The translations under genes were made by a program, and so were the position numbers. The notes beneath the pieces are model-generated. The model was not told where the DNA came from. It made no database searches and was given only the letters and a program-made list of their open reading frames with translations. 64,000 nucleotides of DNA from the human T2T-CHM13v2.0 reference genome, Homo sapiens, in NCBI RefSeq assembly GCF_009914755.1, contig NC_060930.1. One strand, 5' to 3'. This document shows positions 1 through 12,021 of the stretch, piece by piece. How positions within the stretch are numbered: position 1 is the stretch's first letter; each line of letters begins with the position of its first letter.

Positions 1-339
1 GCAGAGATTAGTGAAGGAGGGAGCAAATTTACAGGAAACAAGAATATGCAAATACTGAGAGTTTGAGAGTTCAGTGGTCGAAAAACAGGAGATAGCTGTG
101 GAAAGTGCACACTGGGAAGGGGCAGCTCTGAGGCACCTCACGGCACCTGGACAACCTCAACCAGCTTAAGGTGCCTAACAGAGGAATTTATAAGCTTCTT
201 GCTGGTATGGGAACAAATCCCCAAGTGAGGTGCCTGCTAGATAGATCTGCAGGTTGAAGTAGATCAGGGAAACGACACACCGGAGGAGAGGGATGTAGGG
301 GCAGAAAAGAGGGGCCCATCCAAAAAATGTGTGTGTATC

Positions 340-1050
340 CCCACCTACCCTTACCTCCTTCCACTTTTTCTACAAGCGTCAGAACTGCTCAACATCATCA
401 CTTCCAAATCAGTTTTGGTGACAGAGTCCAATTGCCCAAACCAGATGCAATGCCCTCATTATGTCTTACCAGCCCTCCTGCTCCTGCCTCCTCCAGTTCA
501 TGCTTCACGTAGCCACAGAGTAATCTTTATAGAACACAAATATCACCATATTACTTCCCAGCTTAAAAACCTTTCAGGATTGACCCATATCCACCCAGAG
601 TAGCCTCCAAGCCACTTAGATTGTCCTCCTTTCTGCCGTCCTTCTGGCTTCTCTGGCTGGAGACTTTAGACCACAGCACTGTAAACTGATTCCAACTCCA
701 TGTTAATATGTTAATTTAATATGTTAATATTAAAATATTATTTCATGGGTCCAGGTATTAGCACATTATGTACTCTTTTCTCCTTCTGAAAGGAAGAATC
801 TTTGCCTGTCTTAACACTATTATTCATCTTCAAAAATCTGTGCAACACTTCATTCTGAAGCCTCCTCAAACAACTGCAGTCTGCTCGCTTTATGGACCAC
901 CTTGCTGCTCTCATTACATTCAATGCACACTATTTTATTCACATGTATGTCTGTCTTCCCAACTACACTGCAGACTACTTGAGGGCAGGGATGGTATCTT
1001 ATTTTTTCTTTGTATTTCCAGTGGGTAGCACAGCACCTGACCCATAAAAA
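340..1050 (+). mobile_element. L2 (LINE-2) fragments, degraded
   Basis: Pyrimidine-rich L2-like text at ~340-600 and an L2 3'-end motif 'cttgagggcagggatggtatctt...gcacagcacctgacccata' at ~978-1046; boundaries approximate. Confidence 0.55.
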
Positions 1051-1054
1051 AACT

Positions 1055-1255
1055 ATCATCTATTGAGCACCTACCGTACAGCAGATCCCATACTAAGCTT
1101 TTCAAATGTTATGACGTGAGTTCCCACAACAACTCAATGAACTATTTATAATTACCTCTTTTACAAACGAGGAAACTGAGATTTAGGAGGTTAACATCCC
1201 CAGGACCTTCCAGTTAGTAAGTGGTAGAATTCTGATTAGGACTTGGGTCTCTGAC
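1055..1255 (-). mobile_element. MIR SINE
   Basis: Reverse MIR core 'ttttacaaacgaggaaactgaga...agttagtaagtggtaga...gggtctctgac'. Confidence 0.8.
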
Positions 1256-2629
1256 ACCATTGCCTACGTTAGCTCCTTGGGCCTCTGGTGAAACGTAATG
1301 CACGAAATGTGGATCGGATCGTATGAAATCTCCCCCAACTTACACCCTGGGTTGAAGGCTGTGAAGCTTATGCAGAATGCTAGAGGAGGCATTAGGACAT
1401 GGGGTTTCTGGTTCTGCCACTGATTAACCTCAACTCTGGGCTGTCGCAGGCTTTCTCTGGGCTTCACTTTCCTCATGGGGGAAATGCCATCCTTAACAGA
1501 TCCCATGTCATATCCTCACTCTTAAGGACCTCTAAAGCTGATAAGAAGGTACTGTGAATCATAAACCTAGGTACTCTTTCTAGATATTGGCCTTGAAACA
1601 TCTCTTCCTTCACTGAAAAACTGCTTCTGAAAAAGGATGCCAGAAGCCACTTTTGGTCAAGAAAATGTCCACTTTTGTTCTCAGCACAGAGCAGGTACCC
1701 GGACTTTCCCTGTTCCCAAGTGCTGTAGACCAAAATAGCAGGGAACCAGGATGAAGTCAGCCAGAAACACGCTTTCTATAACTGCTCTTCACAGAAGAGA
1801 AAATCAACAAGCTAGTGTTTAAATAATGTGCAGGGTGTGATACCAACCGAACCTCCGCCCTCCTTCCTGGGGAAATGCAAAGTTTGCTGTGGCCTTTTCA
1901 CAAACCTCGGAGAGAATGAAATGTCAGCTCTAACACTGAATTTCCCAGCTTCATTCCACTTCCCTCACCACCTCACTATTACCTAAGATGACATTCTGTA
2001 TATTAGTATACTACATCTTAAACATCATCCCTCACTCAGACATCAGATTACAAACAAACAGCTGAATCCTACAGCTGTTCCCACTAGAAACAAAAAGATT
2101 CTTAACATATTTGAAGGGAAAAAATCTGTTTGTTCCCAGATGTCTCCTGAGCCCATTTCTGGGGCGTGTCTACTAGTAATAGTGCGTAAACGCTAACTGT
2201 ACTCCTCGCTCCTATTTACACACACTATTAGTTTTCAGTAACCACTCCTTCCCAACTCCCAAAAAAGACAGCTAAGAAAACAATGTTCACTTGGAGGAAG
2301 AGAAACTAAATTTCTTTTTGCTGTTCCTCTCAATCAAACCCTTGCAGGAACCAAAGTATTCACTGTGGTTTAAACACTTGTCACTCAAAAAAAAAGTACC
2401 CAGAAATGCCATGAGACTTCCTATAATTTCACTTTTATTTAAGGAGCTGTGCTGCATCAATACTTGCTTTGGGCACAAAATGCAGAGGAGCTTGATGGCA
2501 TTTTGAGAATGGCACAGATGCAAAGTATTTAAAAAATACATACCACCCAGTGTGTTCCTGGGAGACATGGCTGGACTCAACATGTTACTATCAGCAGTGT
2601 TAGCCTGGTTCCGCAGGGGACCACATATG

Positions 2630-2832
2630 CACATGTAGGTACTGAGCCTGTGCTCTGGGATACATGCTGTGCTAAATGGTTTACATTTTTTATGACTCGT
2701 TAAAATATACTTAGGAGGAAGGTATGTTCTCCCCTTTTTACAGATGAGGAAACTGAGCACTACATGAACTGCCCCGAATCACATTGCCAGTAAGTTTGCA
2801 AAAGTGGCATTTGAACAGTCAGTCAGACTCCG
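2630..2832 (-). mobile_element. MIR SINE
   Basis: 'cccctttttacagatgaggaaactgagcac...aactgccccgaatcaca' is the reverse MIR core. Confidence 0.8.
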
Positions 2833-3103
2833 AATATGTGAAGGAGTTCTTTAAGGGAACCAAGGAAACAATGTGCATTACAACCCTTGGGAGACACTCT
2901 AGTGTGTATTTCTATAAATTAAAAAAAAAATGGGAAGAAATTGATCACTAATGAAATGTATCCATCTGTCATAATGAAGATTTTAATGACGAAACAAGTA
3001 ACCTAAAACTAAAATTAAGACATTACAAATATCAAAGAAACAAAGATACAACCCCTAAAAGGGGCTGGGGTGCTAATATTTAGAAAAATAAATGTGTTTC
3101 AAC

Positions 3104-3122
3104 TACTGCCCCCTCCTGGTGG
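3104..3122 (-). promoter_or_regulatory. Candidate CTCF site
   Basis: Minus strand reads CCACCAGGAGGGGGCAGTA; CCAGGAGGGGGCAGT matches CCASYAGRKGGCRSY with one mismatch. Confidence 0.5.
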
Positions 3123-3239
3123 CATAACCAAAGGTACCTTTCTTTTTCTTAACTTGATGGATTTGGAAGGTTTTCTTCTAACTGATCTACCAAAACAAAA
3201 AATGTAGGTAAAGAAAGACTGTATGGAGCTTATTGAGGA

Positions 3240-3410
3240 TAAGGCTTAGTTCTGGACTGGAGTGAAGGTCTTTCTAACTGAGTAACTATAAGAAACTATG
3301 AAGCATCTTGTGCCTCCATCTTCTCATCAGAAAAATGGGAATAATATCCACTCTATCTACCTCAAAGGTTATTGTGGGCATCAAAGAAATAATGCATGTG
3401 AATGTTATTT
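3240..3410 (+). mobile_element. MIR SINE
   Basis: 'tgtgcctccatcttctcatcagaaaaatggggataatatccactctatctacctcaaaggttattgtg'. Confidence 0.7.
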
Positions 3411-3489
3411 TCAATGAATCTAAAATCTAAGGTATTATGATTAATTAAAGCCATTTATAGTATCATCTATTAAATTTAAAATTACATTT

Positions 3490-3780
3490 ACTCTTTAATC
3501 CTGCAATCCCACTCCTGGGAACCAATGCCATAGAACTAATAGCACTGTATCTAAGAACAAATACAAAGATGTTTATGATTTCAGTGTGGACAATGGCCAA
3601 AAAAACTGAGACCAAAGTAAATATCCATGAGTAGGGCAATTGTAGAATAAAAAATTCTAATAGTTACCCCACTGGAATATTATGCACCCATTAAAAAGAA
3701 TGTTCTAGAGCTTTATCAATTGAATGAAGAGATTTCAACACAGTTTTCTGAGAAGAGCAAAACATAAAAAAAGAATGTTT
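3490..3780 (+). mobile_element. Old L1M (L1MC/ME-like) 3' fragment
   Basis: 'cctgcaatcccactcctggga...aaatatccatgagtaggg...tggaatattatgcacccattaaaaagaatg' are ORF2-end/3'UTR motifs. Confidence 0.65.
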
Positions 3781-4085
3781 AACAGGGAATTCTAAAAGTC
3801 TTAGTGCATTTTAAACTTTAATAATTTCAGAAGTATAAATGCTATACACTTTCAAGAAACAATATATGAAAAATAAAAATTTAACTTTTTAAAATATTGA
3901 TGTTACTTATTAAAATCAATATAAAAACTATTATGCACAAAAAAACTAAGAGTAAAATTTATTATTCAAAATTCCAAAGTTAAATAAGTATAAAAGAAAT
4001 ATAAATAGCTAAATGTTTAAATGTTTCTAAGTTTATAGCAATTATACCTCTAAAATTATGAACTTAAAATTGCACTAATACTTAA

Positions 4086-4560
4086 AAATGTTATTTCAAT
4101 AGCTTTAGGCATACTAGTGTTTTTGGTTACATGAATAAACTGTATAGTGGTAAATCCTGGGATTTTAGTGTACCTGTCACCCAAGTAGTGTACACTGTAC
4201 CCAACAGGTAGCTTTTCATGCCTCAACCACCTCTCAACCTCCTCCTCTTGAGTCTCCAATGTCCATTACACCACTCTGTATGCCTTTGTGTACCCATAGC
4301 TTAGCACCTGCTTATAAGTGAGAACATGGTATTTAGCTTTCAATTCCTGAATTACTGCACTTAGAATAATGGCCTCCAGTTCCATCCAAGTTGCTGCAAA
4401 GACATTATTTCATTCTTTTTCATGGCTGAGTAGTATTCCATACTGTGTGAATGGAATGTGTGGTGTGGAATACACACCAGTCCAATGGAATGGAATGCAT
4501 TCTATTTACACACCATGGAATACTACTCAGCCATAAAACAGAATGAAATGGAATTATGTG

Positions 4561-4596
<36 letters not shown>

Positions 4597-4950
4597 TCCT
4601 CACATGTTTTATCCACTCATCATCTGATGGGCACTTAGGTTGAACCCGTATCTTTGCAATTGTGAATTGTGCTGCAATAAACATACACCTGCAGGTGTCC
4701 TTTTTATATAGTGACTTCTTCTTTGGGTAGATACCCAGTAGTGGGATTGCTGGGTTGAATAGTAGATCTACTTTTAGTTCTTTGAGAAATCTCCATATTG
4801 TTTTCCACAGAGGGTGTACCAATTTACATTCCCACCAGTAGTGTGTAAGTGTTCCCTTTTCACTATATGTACATCAATATCTATTGTTTTTTTACTTTTT
4901 CATTATAGCCATTCTGGCTGGGGTAAGGTGGTATGTTGTTGTGGTTTTAA
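4086..4950 (-). mobile_element. L1PB1-like 5'-truncated LINE-1 3' end
   Basis: 'ttatttcaatagcttt...tttttggttacatgaataaactgtatagtggt' L1PB 3' end; ORF2 C-terminal remnant ([32 protein letters not shown]); imperfect TSD tgcactaatactt / tgcattaacactt. Confidence 0.9.
4565..4594. repeat. (CA)n microsatellite within the L1
   Basis: Direct read. Confidence 0.95.
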
Positions 4951-5032
4951 TGCATTAACACTTTGAGAACACTCTATAACATGTTTTTGTTTTTTAAAAA
5001 CAAAATAACAGTCCCCTCACTCCCACTGTGTG

Positions 5033-5055
5033 GTGTGTGTGTGTGTGTGTGTGTG
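5033..5055. repeat. (TG)n microsatellite
   Basis: Direct read. Confidence 0.9.
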
Positions 5056-5274
5056 TAATTGTACATTTACATAAACAGGGGAAAAATGGAAGGCTATATG
5101 TGCAGTTAAAATGGGAGAAGGGAAAAGAGGAGGAGAGTGATCCAGACAAAAGAGGAAAAGTTGTTGTTTTTTTTTTAAAAATGGGGAACCAAAAAGTGTA
5201 TATGCTATTATCACATTTATGTACCTATATAAAATCATTTGTATTGTACAGCTATATAATATTACATGTTTAAA

Positions 5275-5503
5275 TTTTATTATTTTAGAGACAGAGTTTT
5301 ACTCTGTTACCTGAACTACAGTGCAGTGAACTACAATTGCACTGGCACAATCACAGCTCACTGCAGCCTCGATCACCTGGGCTCAAGCAATCCTCTAACC
5401 TCAGCCTCTTGAGTAGCTGGGACCAGCTACGGCACCACCATGCCTGGCTACTGATTGATGGATTCATTGATTGTAGACACAGTCTCACTTTGTTGCTCAG
5501 GCT
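5275..5503 (-). mobile_element. Partial AluJ/FRAM
   Basis: 'gctcactgcagcctcgatcacctgggctcaagcaatcctc...agtagctggga' (AluJ-type diagnostics). Confidence 0.85.
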
Positions 5504-6589
5504 TATTATTATTATTTTGTTTTTTAAGAAAGGAAAGAAACTTGCCCCAAGTCCCATACTAAGCTAATGGCAGAAGAACCAGAACTTGTACCTAGGTCTC
5601 TCTGACTCTGCAGTCTGAGCCCTGAAGGATTACACTGTGATTTAGGATGGTTATGGATTCACAGGCAGGACTCACTAGCCCTGCAATTGGCCTCTCCAGC
5701 ATGGAGTTCCTGACCATTATTCGTCAATCTCAGGAGCTGCTTTCAAAACAACCAATCGTCCTTTGAACCTCTCACTTCTGGGGTGGAGCATGATAGCATG
5801 GTAGATGCTGCAGACATGAGGCTTTTGGTTGATGCTGATAGCAACCCTCTGTTGCACAGATACATAATTTTAATCACCACTGCTAAGTAACTCTTATTGA
5901 TTTGTTCTTCTCAGAATCAAAGACACTTTTCTCTCTCTCTCTCTCAAGTAAATTAAAAATGGAAACATATTGTCAATCCCTGAACACGTGGTGTGCTTTT
6001 TTCCTTCAGGCCCATCACATACTGTTCCTTCTATCTGGAATGTCCTTCATCTTTTTCCTCTGCTGGGAAAACCCTTCCATATTCTTGAAGTTGCAGCTCA
6101 AATATCACGTTCTCCGTCAAGGATTTCCTACCTCATCCAGGCAGAACTGCTTCACCCTTTGCATGCCCTCAAGAATCAGGACAGGCTTCTCTTAGCAGTG
6201 CTCACTGAGGCTTTGATTATGGGCTTAGGGACTGATCTTCCACTGGAGACCTCATGAGTATGGTCTCACTCTCACCTTGTTCCAGTGGCCAGCATGGTGC
6301 TTGGCACATTATAGCCTTCAATTAAATATTGGTTCCATGAAACTGTGAGATTGAGAACGTATTAATTCACAAGGTAAATAAGTGATAGGTCCAATACTGA
6401 GGCAAATGAACATGCAATCTTCCATGCACAAGGCCAAGAATCCCTTGCTTTTAAATAATATGAACCAAATCACTACCAGGAAAGAGGCTACACCTCACAC
6501 AGCGGATCTTCACTCTCGCCTTTCCCCAACTCAGCAACAGCAGGACAAGCTATGAAAAGTTCTTTTGTAAGTTTATGGGAATAATAATT

Positions 6590-6655
6590 CTTTTAATAAT
6601 TTCAATTTTTATTTTAGATTCAGGGGGCGCATGTGCAGGTTTGTTACCTGGGTAT
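6590..6655 (-). mobile_element. Short L1 (L1PA/L1PB-type) 3' terminus
   Basis: 'tttattttagattcagggggcgcatgtgcaggtttgttacctgggtata'. Confidence 0.75.
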
Positions 6656-9600
6656 AGCAATTATACCTTTGATATTTTGAACTTAAAACTGCACTAATAT
6701 TTTGAGAACACACCACATAATGTTTTCATTTTTATAAAACAAAGGGAAAATCCTCTCACTCCCTCTCAAATGCTGGCATTCAGTGTGAAATCATAGCTGG
6801 AATGTGACAGATGTGTATTGTGTGTGTGCACGGAAGGCCTCTTTACTAATTCAGACCAACCTTTACCTCCTCAGTGTGAGATTATCTACTGAAATAATAA
6901 TGACTGATATTTATATACAACTTAGAATGTATTTGCTTTCAGAGACATTACCTGGTTTGTTGTATGAAGCAGAAAGCAAATCAATCAACCAGATTTATCA
7001 TTATGTTTACACTGATTTTGCAGTAGATAGTAACCGAGTTTATGCCTTGACCAAATGTCCATATATAACATACAGTCAGTAAAACTGTTGACTGGCTGTA
7101 GGTTCCTGCTGTGAGAAGTGTGATCTGTGAAATTCTAACATGCCTAATAACATTTATTCCCTTATGATCTAGCATAGATTTAAGCCAGGCAAAAAGTTTT
7201 AACAAAAACTGATTATGCTTGTCAATAACCGTGAATAGTATCCCAATTAAGACAATGGTCATTTATTTGTTCCTACTGCCACCAGTGAAAGCAGGAAAAG
7301 CATTTGGCAAATCTATTTCTGTCACCCTCAGATTTCAGGAAGAGAAGTTCAAACAGATGAAGCTGATGTTACTGGAATAACTCATTCTACTCTACCATTC
7401 TTCCTGATCTACTCCCCAGGCTCTGTGAGCTGCTGGTAATCAAGGATGTTTGACTGGGTTCTGTTAGCTGTCAAGGTTTACTAAGCTGAGTTAGTTAATG
7501 AGTGATGGCTGGATTTCATTCCAGGACTTCATATCAGCCATGAAGCAATTAGGCATGTACTTCATGATCTCCCACTGGAATTTCAAAGGTGCCTTAGTCT
7601 ACCAAGGAACTAAATTCAGTGTGGTCTGAAAGGAAACAATAAACAACATTTAACCATGAGAGGTAGCAAAGGACGTCTTTTCTCAGTGTCTATGTTAGAC
7701 AGGTGAGGAATGTTGCCAATTTATTTTTTGTCCATATAACCTCTATAGCTATTTCTTCTCTTGTCTGTCGTTCTGAAATTATAAAGGGTTCTTATGAGTT
7801 GTTTATGTGAAACCAAGTACCCTGACCCACAGGCAAGGTATTCCTGGAACTGCTGAAATAGCAAGCCAGATAATGATATCATTTAAAAAAGTGCCAGGCA
7901 AGAAAGCTCTGATTAACTACTGAAACATGCTCAGTGGAGATATTTGTAGCTAGAATAAACGCCATTTTAACATCTCCTCTTTATCTAGGGTCCTCCTTCC
8001 TCATGCTATTATTGTGAATATTTCCTCTTCAGATTCCTGCATACAAGGAAGACTGATGAAAGAGAGTAAAAATCACTTTTGGAGAAAAAAAGGTAAGAGC
8101 TGGCAGAGGTAAAAGAAAGATTCTGAACCTCATCAACAGTTGTTGCAATCTCACTCACCTCTCTGGCTAACCTTCCTCCCTCCACCCCTTCACTGCTGCT
8201 TTCCTGCCACTCACCCAGACTGGACTTTCTACTCTGATGCTCCACAAGAAACAGAAGTGGTAAGAAGACAAGCAGGCTCCCGGGGGAAGTGGAGGACCAT
8301 ATGAAGTTTCATGAAAGAAATGGCTTCAGGGATGATGAGGCAACTCTTCCTAATACAAGGGGTAAGCCCTAGCCCAGGGGCACACCCATCCTCTAGGAGG
8401 CCAGGGATGGTCTCTGTCACTCCTGGGAAGTCCCTGCAGACTCTACCTGCTTTCCAAGTGCTTCAGGAAACATCACCTTAAGGTTGAAGGAGGACAAACT
8501 CAAGCAGTTGCCTATGGTATGGCTAAGGGGGTGGCAAACAGAGGGCTGGTGATTTTTACAAGTAACCTCTCACAATACTTGCGCCATTACTTCTCTTTTC
8601 ATTTGTGTCCATGAATAGAAACTCTCAGAGGATAGTATGTTAGCTCCATGGCCTGTGGCACTGTAGAGTGAGTTCTTTAGAGACTGAAGGAGTTAAGAGT
8701 ACCTGTTTAGCTACCAGAAGCTGAATGTCAGCCGGTATGAATGGTATGTAGCTGGGCAATTTTCCAAAACCCATGCGTGGCTGCGTATCAGGAAGACTGC
8801 TATAAACAAATGTGCATGTATGCATAGAGCCTGATAAGTCAATGGGGGGAGACAGACACGGAACAGCCAACCAGCCTGAGGAAATATGCAGAGCCGGGTG
8901 AGCTTCCACTTTAGGTGAACAATAGCTCTGTCTCGGAAACAGGTCTGGATGGGCTGGTGAACAGTTGGAATGATCCTTTGACTTTTTACACATTAAATGT
9001 CTGTTTCAGGGGACCGAAAGCTGGATTCTCAATTTTCCAATTATCCTAATATTATAAAATCACTAAAATGGTGTTTTAAAAAAATTCTTAATATGTAAAA
9101 CATGCAAAGATACATTAGGTGAAAAAAGCACAGGGCAAAACTGCATTTATAGAACCCAATTATGTAAAATATATAGATACATTTAAGATGATACATTAAA
9201 AATGTCACTAAAATATAACACGATCTTTTTGTGGTTGTGGGATTATACATGATTTTTGTTTTTTCTTTCTACTTTACTTTCCAATTTTTCTAAAATTAAC
9301 ATATATTATTTTCATAGTTAAGAAATAAGGTTACTTAAATTAAGAAGAAAATTACCTGTGGATGAAACGACATCTGATGATGGGTTATGAGGGTTGGGGA
9401 AGGCCAGAAAGGCATAAAATAGAACCAACCACGTTTATAAAATGTTAAATTCAACTGGTCTTCACGTCTACACACATTAGTATCTTCTGTCTTACACTGT
9501 AAACTCCCAGAGAGCAAAGGCTGTGTCTAATTCTGTGCAATGTCTGGCTCAATTAAAAATGTAGACAGAATATAATTTTTATGATGATTACGCAAATGTA

Positions 9601-10399
9601 GTTGGTTCTTTTTCACTCTGGCAGCCAGTTTAGTGTTACTGATGCTTGGACAGTGACACAGAATAAGAACATACATTGTTTTCCCCCTTTAAAATCATAG
9701 TGTATTAATAGGCTACTTTTAAAAAATTTTTTTGCAGCATATACACTCATAGAAGAGACCGATCCTCTACCATATTTAAAGTAGAAAGTAAAACAGTACT
9801 GTAATTTTCTCTGTTTTAGCCCATTTCCATGTTATATAATGAATGTAATTCCAAGGATGAGCTTACAGTTTGATTTCCATATTAATTCAATTACTGGACT
9901 CGCCACTGACTCAGACCTGGAATTAATATAAAATACAGGGAGACACACACAAAAAATGTTCCACTTAAGAAACCAAAACAGCCCTAAGTCAAACCACTCT
10001 TACAACACTAGAGTAATATCCAATGAAGCGGCTTCCATTTACAGTGTTTTCCAGACCCCACAAAGTTCTTTTCAGAGTTCTTATATTCCCTAAAATATAA
10101 CCAAGGTTACTGTAACTTTTGAAGTCACTCTCAAGATGTACCTATCAATAAACAGTAGCTTTTTGTTTTTTTAGTACGGTGGCTGTAAGAAGTTACAAAT
10201 GACTGTCAGTGTGGTTTCAGGTGGTATTCTTATTAGAAATTTAAAACACGGTGTTATCAAATTTGGCCTAAGTCTGTTCCTTTCAAGGTTATCGTAAAAT
10301 ATGCAGGAAATGTGAAATCCCAAGTGCTTATTAAATTAAACTGGAGAAGTCACTTTTTGAGAGCTCGGTCCTCATGCCCCTCCCCTGCCCCCGTGACAA

Positions 10400-10635
10400 T
10401 GGTAGCATTTACCAAGTGCTCTCAGCAGGTGCTGAGTGTTAAGTGCTTCACTTGCATGATGTAACATAATACTCAAAAGAGCTCTGGAAGGTAAGCATTT
10501 CTATCAGTATTTTACAGATGATAGGTTTAGGAAAAGGTTAGGGACCTTGACCAAGGTCTCACAACGCCTCTGTGTCAGAGCTGGAATTTGAACCCAGGTC
10601 TGATAACTCTCAGAGTGCAAACTCTTAACCACTAA
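10400..10635 (-). mobile_element. MIR SINE
   Basis: 'attttacagatg...ccttgaccaaggtctcaca...gagctggaatttgaacccaggtctg...actcttaaccacta'. Confidence 0.8.
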
Positions 10636-11957
10636 GGACTTGTTCACTTCAGAGGGCTAATTAAGTGTGAAATCAAAAGCAATGAATAATCGCAATTATG
10701 CCACTTTTAATTTGAGTCTGTTGCATATACATAATTGGTCTTCCTCTATATTAAGAAGGATGCCCTATAAAAAATTAGAAATTCTGCCAACAAAAACCTC
10801 CTGAGGGAAACTAAGAACATCTACTAAATAAATAAATCAAGTGTCTTATTGAGAACACGGCAATACTGAGAGGCTTGGGTGTGGCCACCTGACAGATCTG
10901 GAGGAAACCTAGAGGCAAAATGTACCGAATATTCTATTGCACAACAGAATCTATCTGTGGAAAGCACCCCCTAAACGGAAGTATCTGTCAAAGTAAAAAT
11001 AAATCAGGGTAACAGCATCTAAAAAATATATTGTGAGTGAGATGCATACTTCTCTCATTTACTATGGTACACGAATATACTTAGTTTAATTGTCTTGTTT
11101 AAAAAAGAAACAAACAACTTTTCAGCCCAATCTATAAAACTCTGACAAGGACTAACATCACCGTGCAGTCATGAAGCAGGGCGAGCCAGCTGAGGCTTTT
11201 GGTAGGGTCTTCTCTGCAATCTGCTTCTACTATGTGATGGGTCACCAGGAGCGCAGGCTCACTGAGGACTCTGCTTTGCATGATGAAGAAATCATCTGGA
11301 TCTGTTCACAGAGACGGGTCATTCCACTCAAACTCATAAAAGCCAGGCTGACAGATTAACTGAAATGCTTATCAACCAATCTGAGAACCAGAATTTCCCA
11401 GAAGAGCAGAGGATTAGGATCAGATTATTCTGTTTTTTAAAAAATTAAAACATTTCCTGAGCACCTACTATGGGTCAGGATCTGTCGTAGGCACTTTTAC
11501 ATTAGTGGTTTCATTTAACTCTCACAACCGATCTTTGGTGTGAGTACTTTTTAAGTACATTTTAGATAGAGGCTGTGGCCTGGAGAGGCAGAGGAACTCT
11601 GCTGAGGTCATGCAGTTAGAGGAGCAGCAAAGCTCCCAGAAGAGCACAAGTGCCCCAGTGCTGAGGCTACGGGTCTCACTATGCGGAAAATCACAAAGTT
11701 CAGAAGGTGCTGGCAAGGGAGCCCAGTGGTCATAGGTTGCTGTCATCAAGCCTAAAGACTTAAAATGCACTGGTGACATATGGCTGCCAGTTGGGCTGTC
11801 ATAATCAGGAACATCCCTAAAACTTTCAGGCTCCCCAACTCCTTTTGGTGACTGTCATACAGACCAGCAGCCAGCTGTTTGCTTTTGATATAAATGTGTT
11901 CTAATTTCTAAAATGTAAAGTTTAATTATCTACATTTATTTTATTTTATTTTTCCTG

Positions 11958-12021
11958 ATAGAATGTCAGTAGACACACCATGAATTTGTATAGAATGTCA
12001 GTAGACACACCATGAATTTGT
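11958..12021. repeat. Perfect 32-bp tandem duplication
   Basis: atagaatgtcagtagacacaccatgaatttgt x2 (11958-11989, 11990-12021). Confidence 0.95.

Larger units (their letters stand above)
3783..4976. mobile_element. Non-autonomous Tc1/mariner-type DNA transposon (MITE) with ~70-bp TIRs, right TIR split by an L1
   Basis: Left TIR 'cagggaattctaaaagtcttagtgcattttaaactttaataatttcagaagtataaatgctatacactt' (3783-3851) is a diverged reverse complement of 4029-4083 plus 4951-4976. Confidence 0.7.

Noticed and set aside
2287-2760. Longest ORF (157 aa, minus strand)
   Set aside because: Starts inside a MIR at a non-ATG codon; no domain similarity or exon structure
4445-4555. GGAAT repeats as satellite III
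   Set aside because: Only a few copies, and they derive from the adjacent L1 ATGGAAT motif
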